Part shown: positions 46,771-55,017 of the stretch, one piece after another
Layout: each line of letters opens with the position of its first letter
Position numbering within the stretch: the first letter of the stretch is position 1
From: an uncultured Oscillospiraceae bacterium
GTDB lineage: Bacteria; Bacillota; Clostridia; Oscillospirales; QAMX01
Length of the DNA stretch: 64,000 nt
NCBI GenBank assembly: GCA_964461815.1
Contig: CAYWVF010000008.1
Location: 11,638 to 75,637, forward strand
Direction: 5' to 3'
Position numbers and translations under genes: made by a program
Notes under the pieces: generated by a model
Seen by the model: only the letters and a program-made list of their open reading frames with translations
Told to the model about the DNA's origin: nothing
The model's database searches: none

Positions 46771-47508
46771 TTATATGATCGAGCCTGCAAGCATTGCTGC
46801 CTCGGTGATGCATACGAGGAAGCCTGTCACGTCACCGTTGATACCGCCGAGTGAACGGTATGCACTCATAAGTGCGACGGCGTATGATAATGCGGCAAGA
46901 ATAAGTGCATAGACTGAGCCTGTACAGACTGCGATGACTATGCCGATAACGAGAGAGAGCGAAAGGATGATGATATGCTTCGGTCTTTTGTTTTTTGTAA
47001 AATATGCACCGAGCGAGCTGCCCTGCAAGGGCTTCAGTGTGAGCAGCGCAAGACCTGCCGCACTGCGTGATATTATGGGTGAGGCGAGAAAAAGCAACGG
47101 TGAGACGGACTGCGAAGCAGCACCGTAGGTGCAGAAAAGCAGCACGGAGGACAGCATTACGAGCATAATGACTGCAAATGAGCCGCAATGAGCATCCTTT
47201 AGTATTTTCAGTCTGCCGTCTCTGTCACGATGCGAGAGCACGGCATCGGAAACGTCCATAAATCCGTCAAGATGAAGAAAGCCCGACAATATGTGAGGTA
47301 AAAATGCGAGTATCAATGCTGTGAGGATCAGAGCTGTGTCAAGGCGGTACAGCAGAGCGCAGACCGCCGCACATATCGCACCGATAATCAGACCCACGAC
47401 ACCGAACAGTGACAGAGCGGCCGCACCTCCGTGCTCATCCCACTCTATCTGCGGCATGGGGATTGCCGTAAACATCGATAAAGCTGTTATCAATGATCTC
47501 ATTCGCAT
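46771..47508 (-). CDS. cobS: adenosylcobinamide-GDP ribazoletransferase (cobalamin synthase)
   Basis: 245-aa polytopic protein with TAIPMP near the N-terminus and HLDGFMDVSDA, the CobS signature region. Confidence 0.85.
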   Translation of the reverse strand: MRMRSLITALSMFTAIPMPQIEWDEHGGAAALSLFGVVGLIIGAICAAVCALLYRLDTALILTALILAFLPHILSGFLHLDGFMDVSDAVLSHRDRDGRLKILKDAHCGSFAVIMLVMLSSVLLFCTYGAASQSVSPLLFLASPIISRSAAGLALLTLKPLQGSSLGAYFTKNKRPKHIIILSLSLVIGIVIAVCTGSVYALILAALSYAVALMSAYRSLGGINGDVTGFLVCITEAAMLAGSII

Positions 47509-48590
47509 TTGTAACCGATAGATTCATCGAAGTCACTCTGAGACATATCACGGCACACTTCAAGCAGTCTCATAAGCTCGACTGTATCCTCGAGCGGAAC
47601 GATCGGAGCCTTGTCCAGTGCGTAGTAATCGTAGCAGTGATCGTAGAAGTTCGTTTCATGCTCCGGCAGTATAGGATATTCCCTGAGCTTCCAGGGAATC
47701 GGATCCTCCTGAGAGTATTTTCTGCCTGCTGCCGCAAGACTGTCTGACAGCTCCAGCTTTTTAAGGTCGGCAGGATCGACGTACTTTACCTCAAATACAG
47801 TTGAGCCGTCCTCCTTAGTACGCATTACGACAGCACCGTTTTTACCGCATACGGTGAACGGCTCAAGGCTCTGAGAGGTACACTCATTGATGTCGATGTC
47901 AACTGTGATATGCTTATCTGTCTGAGCGAGTATCTTTACCACATCCTCTGCATCACCGAGGCTGAGTATCTTCTGACGGATGCAGTTTACATTCTTGACG
48001 CTTGCACTTCTGCCGTTCGAGCCGAGTATGTATAATGCCTGATCTAAATAGTGAGCACCGTAGTTATTGAGCATACCGCCGCCGAACCTACGCAGTGACT
48101 GCCAGTCACATCTGCGTGTGTAGGAGCAGTTGGCACGCTTGTACATGAATATCTCACCGAGAATGCCGGAGCTTATTATCTGACGAAGAACGTTCGTTTC
48201 GGGTCTTACACGGTGAGGCTGGAAGATCATGAGCTTTCTGCCTGTACGGTTTTTAGCCTCGACGATTTTTTCTACCTCCTCGAGATTTTTTGCCATCGGC
48301 TTATCGAGGAATACATCGCAGTCTGCCTCCATAGCTTCTATGGTCTGCTCCATATGAAGATGCGTAGGTGATGCGATGACTACAAGATCGGGGTGCTCCG
48401 AGGCGAGCATCTCTGTCAGTGAGGTGTAGCCCGTTACGCCGAACTTATCCTTTGCTTCCTGAAGTCTCTCCGTGCTGACATCTACGACAGCACAGGGGAT
48501 GAAGCCGTCATGCGATGCGGCACTCGGAAGATGCAGCTGAAAGCCTATCCTGCCCAGACCTACGATAGCGGTTCTTAATTTTTTATCCAT
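47499..48590 (-). CDS. Gfo/Idh/MocA-family NAD(P)-dependent oxidoreductase
   Basis: N-terminal Rossmann motif AIVGLGRIG, and the EKP-like LDKPMA motif. Confidence 0.8.
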   Translation of the reverse strand: MDKKLRTAIVGLGRIGFQLHLPSAASHDGFIPCAVVDVSTERLQEAKDKFGVTGYTSLTEMLASEHPDLVVIASPTHLHMEQTIEAMEADCDVFLDKPMAKNLEEVEKIVEAKNRTGRKLMIFQPHRVRPETNVLRQIISSGILGEIFMYKRANCSYTRRCDWQSLRRFGGGMLNNYGAHYLDQALYILGSNGRSASVKNVNCIRQKILSLGDAEDVVKILAQTDKHITVDIDINECTSQSLEPFTVCGKNGAVVMRTKEDGSTVFEVKYVDPADLKKLELSDSLAAAGRKYSQEDPIPWKLREYPILPEHETNFYDHCYDYYALDKAPIVPLEDTVELMRLLEVCRDMSQSDFDESIGYKCE

Positions 48591-48615
48591 AATATACTCT
48601 TCTTTCTGTATTGTT

Positions 48616-49533
48616 TTACAGTAATGAACGCAAATGCGTCAATATTCTTTCAAATTCCTCGGGCATGGGAGCTTCAAAGGTAGCTCTGCGCTCCTCACCG
48701 GGATATATGAACGACAGCTTACCGGCATGTAGGAACTGCCCTCCGATCTTGAACTCATCTCTGCCGCCGTAAACACTGTCGCCTGCGACAGGATGCCCCA
48801 GATATGCCATGTGTACCCTTATCTGATGAGTCCTGCCTGTTTCAAGACGACATTCGGTAAGAGTGTAGCCGGGGTACTCCTCCAGAACTCTGTAATGTGT
48901 TACGGCATGACGTGAGTTTTTGTCGGTAACAGCCATTTTCTTACGGTCTGCGGTGCTTCTTCCGATCGGAGCATCAACAGTACCCGACTCCGAGCGTAAA
49001 TGACCGCATATCAATGCAAAATATACTCTATACATTGAGTGGTCGGCAAGCTGGATCGCAAGCTCACGGTGTGCGAAGTCGTTTTTCGCTACCGCAAGCA
49101 GACCCGAGGTGTCCTTGTCTATACGATGAACGATACCCGGCCGCAGCTCACCGTTGATGCCGGACAGACTTTCGCCGCAGTGGTACAGCAGTGCATTGAC
49201 AAGAGTGCCGTCGGGATTACCGGGAGCGGGATGCACTACCATTCCGCGAGGCTTGTTTACAACTACGATATTATTATCCTCATATACTATATCAAGAGGT
49301 ATGTCCTGAGGTACGATCTCCGTTTCCTCCGGCTCCGGGATGTCTATGATATATATGTCTCCCACACACGTGCGCCGATTTTTCTTTATCGGCACACCGT
49401 TTAGCGTGACAAGACCGTTCTCTATGAGCTGCTGTGCAGCGGAGCGTGAAATACCATCGATCCCACGTGCAATAAATGTGTCTATTCGCTCACCCTCGTC
49501 GTGAGGCTCAGCCCTCAGTACTGTTATCGCCAT
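48616..49533 (-). CDS. rluD: RluA-family 23S rRNA pseudouridine synthase (RluD-like)
   Basis: N-terminal S4 domain, catalytic HRIDKDTSGLL, and TGRTHQIRVH. It follows lspA, as in the Bacillus lspA-rluD arrangement. Confidence 0.9.
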   Translation of the reverse strand: MAITVLRAEPHDEGERIDTFIARGIDGISRSAAQQLIENGLVTLNGVPIKKNRRTCVGDIYIIDIPEPEETEIVPQDIPLDIVYEDNNIVVVNKPRGMVVHPAPGNPDGTLVNALLYHCGESLSGINGELRPGIVHRIDKDTSGLLAVAKNDFAHRELAIQLADHSMYRVYFALICGHLRSESGTVDAPIGRSTADRKKMAVTDKNSRHAVTHYRVLEEYPGYTLTECRLETGRTHQIRVHMAYLGHPVAGDSVYGGRDEFKIGGQFLHAGKLSFIYPGEERRATFEAPMPEEFERILTHLRSLL

Positions 49534-50011
49534 TCTTAAGCTGTTCCTTTCTGCACATGATTATAACGTAGAGTACGAACAGTCCGCCTCCGACACATAC
49601 AAATACATCGGCTACGTTGAATATGGCGAAATTTATAAGACGAAAATCAAACAGATCGACTACGAAGCCGTAGCGTATCCTGTCGATGAGGTTTCCTATT
49701 GCACCTGCGATAACGAAATACGCTCCCCAACGTCCGAGCGCAGTTTCAAAATAGTTCTTAAACAGCATCACGATTATTGCGGCGATAGCGGCAACACTGA
49801 TTATCACGAGCGGCCAACGCTGTCCGCTGAACAGACTGAATGCCATGCCTGTGTTTTCGGCATAGGTCAGGTGGAATACATTTTCGATTATCGGGACAGT
49901 GCCCACATAGTACAGCTTCTCGGTCGTCCAGTATTTCACAAGCTGATCGAGCGCAACGGAAGCGGCTATAAATAATATCGGAAGCAATACAGATAATTTT
50001 TTATTTTTCAT
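49508..50011 (-). CDS. lspA: lipoprotein signal peptidase II
   Basis: 167 aa with 4 TM segments. It has NTGMAFS and the catalytic-Asp regions FNVADVF / GNLIDR. Confidence 0.9.
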   Translation of the reverse strand: MKNKKLSVLLPILFIAASVALDQLVKYWTTEKLYYVGTVPIIENVFHLTYAENTGMAFSLFSGQRWPLVIISVAAIAAIIVMLFKNYFETALGRWGAYFVIAGAIGNLIDRIRYGFVVDLFDFRLINFAIFNVADVFVCVGGGLFVLYVIIMCRKEQLKNGDNSTEG

Positions 50012-51009
50012 CAGTCAAGAATCTCATACTTGTCCATAGCTGCCTTCATATTTTCGATGCAGTGGATATGATTGTCAAGCTTTTCCTTCGTCGTCGGCTC
50101 CCACAGAGTCTGCATAAAGCCGATGAGGTTATCATCCGATATGACCTTATTTGAGAATCGGATGAGATTTTCAAAGTTGTATTCGTTATTCCAGGTGCTG
50201 CCTGCCGGGAGCTGCTTCAGACCTGCCTTGTCGAAGCGTGCGAACAGATCGACAAATTTATTGTGGTGCTCCAGTCGTGCCTCCGTCAGCTCCTCAGCCT
50301 TGACAGGCTCTGTAAAGTGAGCGTCCACGTCCTGCCAGTAATTCCAATAATACCAGTTGTTCTGTATGATATCGTGGTCGATCCTTTCCTCGAAGTCTGG
50401 GTAGTAGCGACCCATGTCCGACCACATTATAGGTGTGGCACCCTCTGCCTTAACAGCGTCAACAAGGAATTTGAGATCATGCCACCAGAGGTCATGCTGA
50501 CGTATCACAACGTACTGATATTCCAGCTGGCAGTCGAGATCCTCCTCGTCCATACCGATATGGAAGTACTGAGGATGATCGAATATCTCACATACCTCCT
50601 TTATGAGGTCGGCACAGAGAGTGTAATACTGAGGTGTGGAGACCATACGGCAGTATATTCCCATCCATTCGTCATGTGTTGTGGCGAAATTGAGCTTTGG
50701 TATCGGTGTGATCCCACGCTCACGCAGCTTCTTGAGCTCAGCTTTGAGGAAATCTACGCTCCATGCACCCTCTACCGCTATTTCGGGATGGCTCTCGTAC
50801 TTTATGCCCTCACCGAGGTCGAGCACGACAGTGTTCACTCCGGCTTCACAGAGCTTGTCTATGATAGTGTTGTACGTGTCCATGTCAAAGCGGAGAGTGC
50901 GAGATGAGGTGGAGAAGCAACGAGGATCGGTATTTCCTTCCTCTGCCCACATGTTATATCCTATATGGAGCAGATAGCTCCAGCATAAGTCTTTCTTCGA
51001 TTTTGCCAT
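50011..51009 (-). CDS. cytoplasmic GH20-like TIM-barrel protein (putative glycoside hydrolase)
   Basis: NTVVLDLGEGIKYESHPEI and FHIGMDEE parallel NTIILEMGGGMEYERHPEI and SIGHDEV of the GH20 gene at 13443. A TGATG overlap couples it to lspA. Confidence 0.55.
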   Translation of the reverse strand: MAKSKKDLCWSYLLHIGYNMWAEEGNTDPRCFSTSSRTLRFDMDTYNTIIDKLCEAGVNTVVLDLGEGIKYESHPEIAVEGAWSVDFLKAELKKLRERGITPIPKLNFATTHDEWMGIYCRMVSTPQYYTLCADLIKEVCEIFDHPQYFHIGMDEEDLDCQLEYQYVVIRQHDLWWHDLKFLVDAVKAEGATPIMWSDMGRYYPDFEERIDHDIIQNNWYYWNYWQDVDAHFTEPVKAEELTEARLEHHNKFVDLFARFDKAGLKQLPAGSTWNNEYNFENLIRFSNKVISDDNLIGFMQTLWEPTTKEKLDNHIHCIENMKAAMDKYEILD

Positions 51010-51052
51010 AAAAATGTATTCCTCCGTAAGATAAATAATATTTTACAAAGAG

Positions 51053-51081
51053 AGTATAACATCACGGAAAGAGACTGTCAA
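51053..51081 (-). promoter_or_regulatory. sigma-A promoter of the GH20-like/lspA/rluD operon
   Basis: On the minus strand: TTGACA, 17-nt spacer, TGtTATACT (extended -10). GGAGG precedes the ATG at 51009. Confidence 0.75.
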
Positions 51082-51183
51082 TCAAAAAATGTTGCTTTTT
51101 ACTATTTTATACTGTACAAAACAATGAAAATACCGTAATTACATATAAAATTGAAAAAAAGTTACAGAGATCAAAAAAAGTAC

Positions 51184-51212
51184 TTGCATTTTAAACAGCA
51201 TTGTGTTAAAAT
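51184..51212 (+). promoter_or_regulatory. sigma-A promoter of rpsT
   Basis: TTGCAT, 17-nt spacer, TGtTAAAAT (extended -10). Confidence 0.7.
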
Positions 51213-51291
51213 GATAAGTACTGACGAATACGCGCCGGATAATACGGTGCTAGCTTAAGATTTTGAAAGGATAGGAGGTGGACAAAAGCCA

Positions 51292-51552
51292 ATGCCGAAC
51301 ATTAAGTCTGCCGAAAAGCGTGTTATTGTAACAGCAAAGAAAAATGCTGAGAATAAGCAAGCAAAGACTGCACTGAAAACAGCACTTAAGAAATATTCCG
51401 CTACATTAGCCGAGAATCCGGAGAATGGTGAAGCTGCTTTAAAGGAAACAGTAAAGCAGGTCGATCGTGCCGTTGCAAAGGGACTGCTGCATAAGAATAC
51501 AGCTGCAAGACGTAAGAGCGCTATGGCTCGTGCGTTAAACAGCGCTAAGTAA
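51292..51552 (+). CDS. rpsT: 30S ribosomal protein S20
   Basis: MPNIKSAEKRV...NKQAK..LKTA.KK; 86 aa and basic. Confidence 0.95.
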   Translation: MPNIKSAEKRVIVTAKKNAENKQAKTALKTALKKYSATLAENPENGEAALKETVKQVDRAVAKGLLHKNTAARRKSAMARALNSAK

Positions 51553-51622
51553 TAAATACATCGGCTGAATGCCATGTGTATTTGTTGTGCGGAAATTTTG
51601 CTGATAAATGCAAAATCAATCT

Positions 51623-51656
51623 CCCACGCCGTGATCGGCGTGGGTTTTTGCTTTTT
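51623..51656 (+). terminator. intrinsic terminator after rpsT
   Basis: 8-bp stem cccacgcc / ggcgtggg with loop gtgatc, followed by tttttgcttttt. Confidence 0.85.
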
Positions 51657-51708
51657 ATAAGACAGCTCTGCGAGCTTATATAAGCACCGCAGCTCAAGAG
51701 GAAAGGAG

Positions 51709-51726
51709 TATGCTTAGTAAAGCATA
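51709..51726 (+). promoter_or_regulatory. hairpin between the Shine-Dalgarno sequence and the start codon of lrgA
   Basis: 7-bp stem tatgctt / aagcata with loop agta. It lies between GAGGAAAGGAG (51698-51708) and the ATG at 51736. Confidence 0.5.
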
Positions 51727-51735
51727 GCTTTAAAT

Positions 51736-52104
51736 ATGAAATATCTTATGCAATTCGGAATAATTGCCGTATTTTACTACATCGGTGAGGTGCTAAATCG
51801 CCTTATCGACCTGCCGATACCTGCAACGATATACGGACTGGCACTCCTGTTTATAGCGTTGTGCAGCGGAGTCATAAAGCTTGAGCAGGTGGAGGATGCG
51901 GCAAGTGCGCTGCTTTCGATGATGCCTATCATGTTTGCACCGGCAGGAGTAGGTATGCTGACTGTAATGGGAGTGCTGAAGGAAAGCGGTATAGCAATAG
52001 TCGTGACGAGCATAGTGACTACCTTTACTACTCTCTTTGTCACAGGTCACACGTGCCAGCTGCTCATAAAGCTGAGAGACAAGAGAGAGGGTGTGAGAAA
52101 ATGA
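51736..52104 (+). CDS. lrgA: CidA/LrgA-family holin-like protein
   Basis: 122 aa with 4 TM segments. It has the LrgA-like pattern L.QFGII..FYYIGE.L......PIP..IYGL.LLF. It is paired with lrgB. Confidence 0.85.
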   Translation: MKYLMQFGIIAVFYYIGEVLNRLIDLPIPATIYGLALLFIALCSGVIKLEQVEDAASALLSMMPIMFAPAGVGMLTVMGVLKESGIAIVVTSIVTTFTTLFVTGHTCQLLIKLRDKREGVRK

Positions 52105-52802
52105 CTGCGATCTGGGAAGCCTTTACGGGAAGTGCGTTTTTCGGAATACTCTTGACTCTTGCCACATTCAGGATGGGACAATGGATCGTCAAAAAGACAG
52201 GTATAAAGGCACTTAATCCGCTTTTTACATGTATCGTGCTGACGATAGCATTTCTTGTAGTAGTAGATGTTGATTATGAAGTATATAATGTAGGGGCGTC
52301 ATACATAACGATGCTGCTCGGCCCTACAACGGTAGCACTTGCTGTACCGCTTTATAAGCAGGTACAGCTACTGAGAAAAAATCTGCTGCTCATACTGGTG
52401 TCGGTAGCGGCAGGTGCGCTCAGTGCGGTCGCAGGAGTATTTATATTGTCAAAGCTGTTTTCACTTCAGCCTGAGATATTCTATTCCATCATGTCGAAGT
52501 CGGTGACTGCGGCTATAGCTCTTGGTATCACCGAGGAAACAGGCGGAGTTGCGGCGCTGACACTGTTCTCTATAACGATCACCGGCATGACAGGCGCATC
52601 CTGTGCGCTCGGTGCATGTAAGCTTTTCAGGATCACCGACCGTATGGCGGTAGGTCTGTCGATGGGTACGTGCTCACATGCGATAGGCACATCGGTGGCA
52701 CTGGAAAAGGGTGAGCTTGAGGGCGCGATGTCGAGTCTTGCGATAGTTGTGGCAGGCTTTACGACGGTATTTGCAGCTCCGTTTATCAATTATGTGCTGT
52801 GA
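52101..52802 (+). CDS. lrgB: LrgB-family membrane protein
   Basis: ATGA overlap with lrgA. It is polytopic, with KSVTAAIALGI and the GxSxG-rich C-terminal half typical of LrgB. Confidence 0.85.
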   Translation: MTAIWEAFTGSAFFGILLTLATFRMGQWIVKKTGIKALNPLFTCIVLTIAFLVVVDVDYEVYNVGASYITMLLGPTTVALAVPLYKQVQLLRKNLLLILVSVAAGALSAVAGVFILSKLFSLQPEIFYSIMSKSVTAAIALGITEETGGVAALTLFSITITGMTGASCALGACKLFRITDRMAVGLSMGTCSHAIGTSVALEKGELEGAMSSLAIVVAGFTTVFAAPFINYVL

Positions 52803-52854
52803 AAAAATGTGGGAAAAAATATAGAAAAAATTTTTAAAATTTTACCGATTTTCT

Positions 52855-52883
52855 TTGAAAAAGCAGCTGTTATATGATATGAT
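52855..52883 (+). promoter_or_regulatory. sigma-A promoter of proBA
   Basis: TTGAAA, 17-nt spacer, TATGAT. Confidence 0.65.
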
Positions 52884-52925
52884 AAATATGTGCTATATAA
52901 GAAGGAAAATTTTACTCGGAAAGGT

Positions 52926-53741
52926 ATGGATGTGATAATGGCTGACTTGAGAGGCGTCAGGCGCGTAGTGGTAAAGGTAGGCACGAGCACGCTGACGCAC
53001 GATAACGGAAGGCTTAACATAAGAAGAATAGAGCAGCTTGCCAGAACGCTGTCAGACTTAAAAAATAACGGTATGGAGATCATACTTGTTACCTCGGGTG
53101 CGGTAGGTCTGGGTATGGCAAGAATGGGTATACAGGGTAAGCCTAAGGACATAAGAATGAAGCAGGCTGCGGCTGCCGTAGGACAGAGCGAGCTTATGAA
53201 CATTTACTCTAAGCTGTTCGGTGAGTACGGCTACAAGGTAGCGCAGCTCCTTTTGACACGTGACGTTGCAGATACGGAGGAGCTGAGAAAGAATGTTTCA
53301 AATACGTTTAACACTCTTATCGAGCTGGATATAATCCCGATAGTCAATGAGAATGATACTATTTCCACCTTTGAGCTAAGTCATATAACGGCATTCGGTG
53401 ATAATGATACACTAAGTGCGGTAGTAGCCGAGCTTTGTGATGCGGATGCTCTTGTGATACTATCGGATATCGACGGTCTTTACGATGCAAATCCGCGTGA
53501 ATACGAGGAAGCACGTCTGATACCTGTCGTTCGTGAGATCACAGACGATATGAGACGCAGTGCAGGCGGAAGCGGCACTGCCAGAGGTACGGGAGGAATG
53601 GCAACGAAGCTCATTGCGGCTGAGAATATGATGTCCAAGGGCAAGGTGATGGTCATCATGGCAGGAGACAGACCGGAGCTGCTGTACGACTTATTCAACG
53701 GAAGAAGCGTAGGCACGATATTCCTGCCGACAGGGAGGTAA
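52926..53741 (+). CDS. proB: glutamate 5-kinase (short form without PUA domain)
   Basis: VVVKVGTSTLT, ILVTSGAVGLG and FGDNDTLSA motifs. The start is ambiguous among the ATG at 52926, the GTG at 52932 and the ATG at 52938. Confidence 0.9.
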   Translation: MDVIMADLRGVRRVVVKVGTSTLTHDNGRLNIRRIEQLARTLSDLKNNGMEIILVTSGAVGLGMARMGIQGKPKDIRMKQAAAAVGQSELMNIYSKLFGEYGYKVAQLLLTRDVADTEELRKNVSNTFNTLIELDIIPIVNENDTISTFELSHITAFGDNDTLSAVVAELCDADALVILSDIDGLYDANPREYEEARLIPVVREITDDMRRSAGGSGTARGTGGMATKLIAAENMMSKGKVMVIMAGDRPELLYDLFNGRSVGTIFLPTGR

Positions 53742-53745
53742 AAGC

Positions 53746-54981
53746 ATGAATTCAGTAGAGCTTTTGGCTTCAAGGGCAAAAAAAGCATCATTTAAGCTCT
53801 CTGTAGCGGGAAGTGAAGCGAAAAGAGCTGCTTTACGTGAGATATCCGCTGCATTATGGGAGAAAAGAGAAGTAATAATCAAAGCAAACGAAAAGGATAT
53901 AGCTGCCGGAGTGGAAAACGGAATGCGTCCGGGGCTTATCGATAGACTCAGACTTGATGAGAAGCGTATTCGTTCTGCTGCCGACGGTGTAGCATCGATC
54001 GCAGCAAACGAGGATCCGATCGGACTGGTAGACTCCATGTGGACGCTGCCTAACGGACTGAGAGTAGGCAAGAAGCGTGTGCCGCTCGGAGTTGTAGGTA
54101 TCATCTACGAGGCAAGACCTAATGTCACAGCCGATGCTGCGGCACTGTGCCTCATGACGGGAAATGCGTGTGTTCTTAGAGGCGGCAAGGAAGCGATAAA
54201 TTCAAATATTGCCATAGCGGAGATCATGCGTGAAGCCGTGAAGAAAGCGGGCTTCGATGAGGATGTTATAGCACTCGTTACCGACACCTCACGAGACAGC
54301 TCGGTGCAGATGATGAAGGCTACGGGACTGATCGATGTTCTTATCCCGAGAGGAAGCGCAGGTCTTATCAGATCGGTCGTTGAGAATGCGACAGTACCGG
54401 TCATCGAGACGGGGATCGGTATATGTCATGTGTATGTGGACGAGGGAGCAGATCTTGAAATGGCATTGGATATAGTTGAGAATGCCAAGTGCTCACGTCC
54501 GTCGGTGTGCAATGCTATGGAGGTGCTGCTGGTCAACGAGAACGAGGCGGAAGGGTTCCTGCCGATGGTAAAGGAAAGACTTACAAATGTGGAGCTGCGA
54601 GGGTGCGAGGCTACACAGAGGATCATCGAATGCCGTAAGGCGCAGGAGGAGGATTTCCGAACGGAGTTTCTCGACTACATAATGGCTGTGAAGGTAGTAA
54701 AGAATATAGAAGAGGCTATAGATGAGATCAACACGAACGGCAGCGGACACAGTGAAGCTATCGTTACGAGAAGCTATGAGCATTCGGAGCTGTTTCATGC
54801 CAAGGTAGATGCAGCGTGCGTATATGTCAATGCATCTACAAGATTTACGGACGGCGGCGAGTTCGGCTTCGGCGGTGAGATCGGTATTTCAACTCAGAAG
54901 CTTCATGCAAGAGGGCCTATGGGTTTAAAGGAGCTTACATCGTACAAGTATATCATTTACGGAAACGGTCAAATAAGATAG
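53746..54981 (+). CDS. proA: glutamate-5-semialdehyde dehydrogenase
   Basis: 411 aa with PLGVVGIIYEARPNVT and the catalytic Cys region VCNAMEVLLV. Confidence 0.95.
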   Translation: MNSVELLASRAKKASFKLSVAGSEAKRAALREISAALWEKREVIIKANEKDIAAGVENGMRPGLIDRLRLDEKRIRSAADGVASIAANEDPIGLVDSMWTLPNGLRVGKKRVPLGVVGIIYEARPNVTADAAALCLMTGNACVLRGGKEAINSNIAIAEIMREAVKKAGFDEDVIALVTDTSRDSSVQMMKATGLIDVLIPRGSAGLIRSVVENATVPVIETGIGICHVYVDEGADLEMALDIVENAKCSRPSVCNAMEVLLVNENEAEGFLPMVKERLTNVELRGCEATQRIIECRKAQEEDFRTEFLDYIMAVKVVKNIEEAIDEINTNGSGHSEAIVTRSYEHSELFHAKVDAACVYVNASTRFTDGGEFGFGGEIGISTQKLHARGPMGLKELTSYKYIIYGNGQIR

Positions 54982-55017
54982 TAGCTGAAAAATAAACGGC
55001 AAAGAGAGGGTAGCATC

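Noticed and set aside
47509-48615. Cobalamin riboswitch upstream of the cobS/cobC genes; also T-box leaders upstream of proBA (52803-52925) and hisS.
   Set aside because: The intergenic spaces are far too short: 25 nt before the oxidoreductase gene, about 40 nt of proB leader, and 16 nt before hisS. None could hold these elements.
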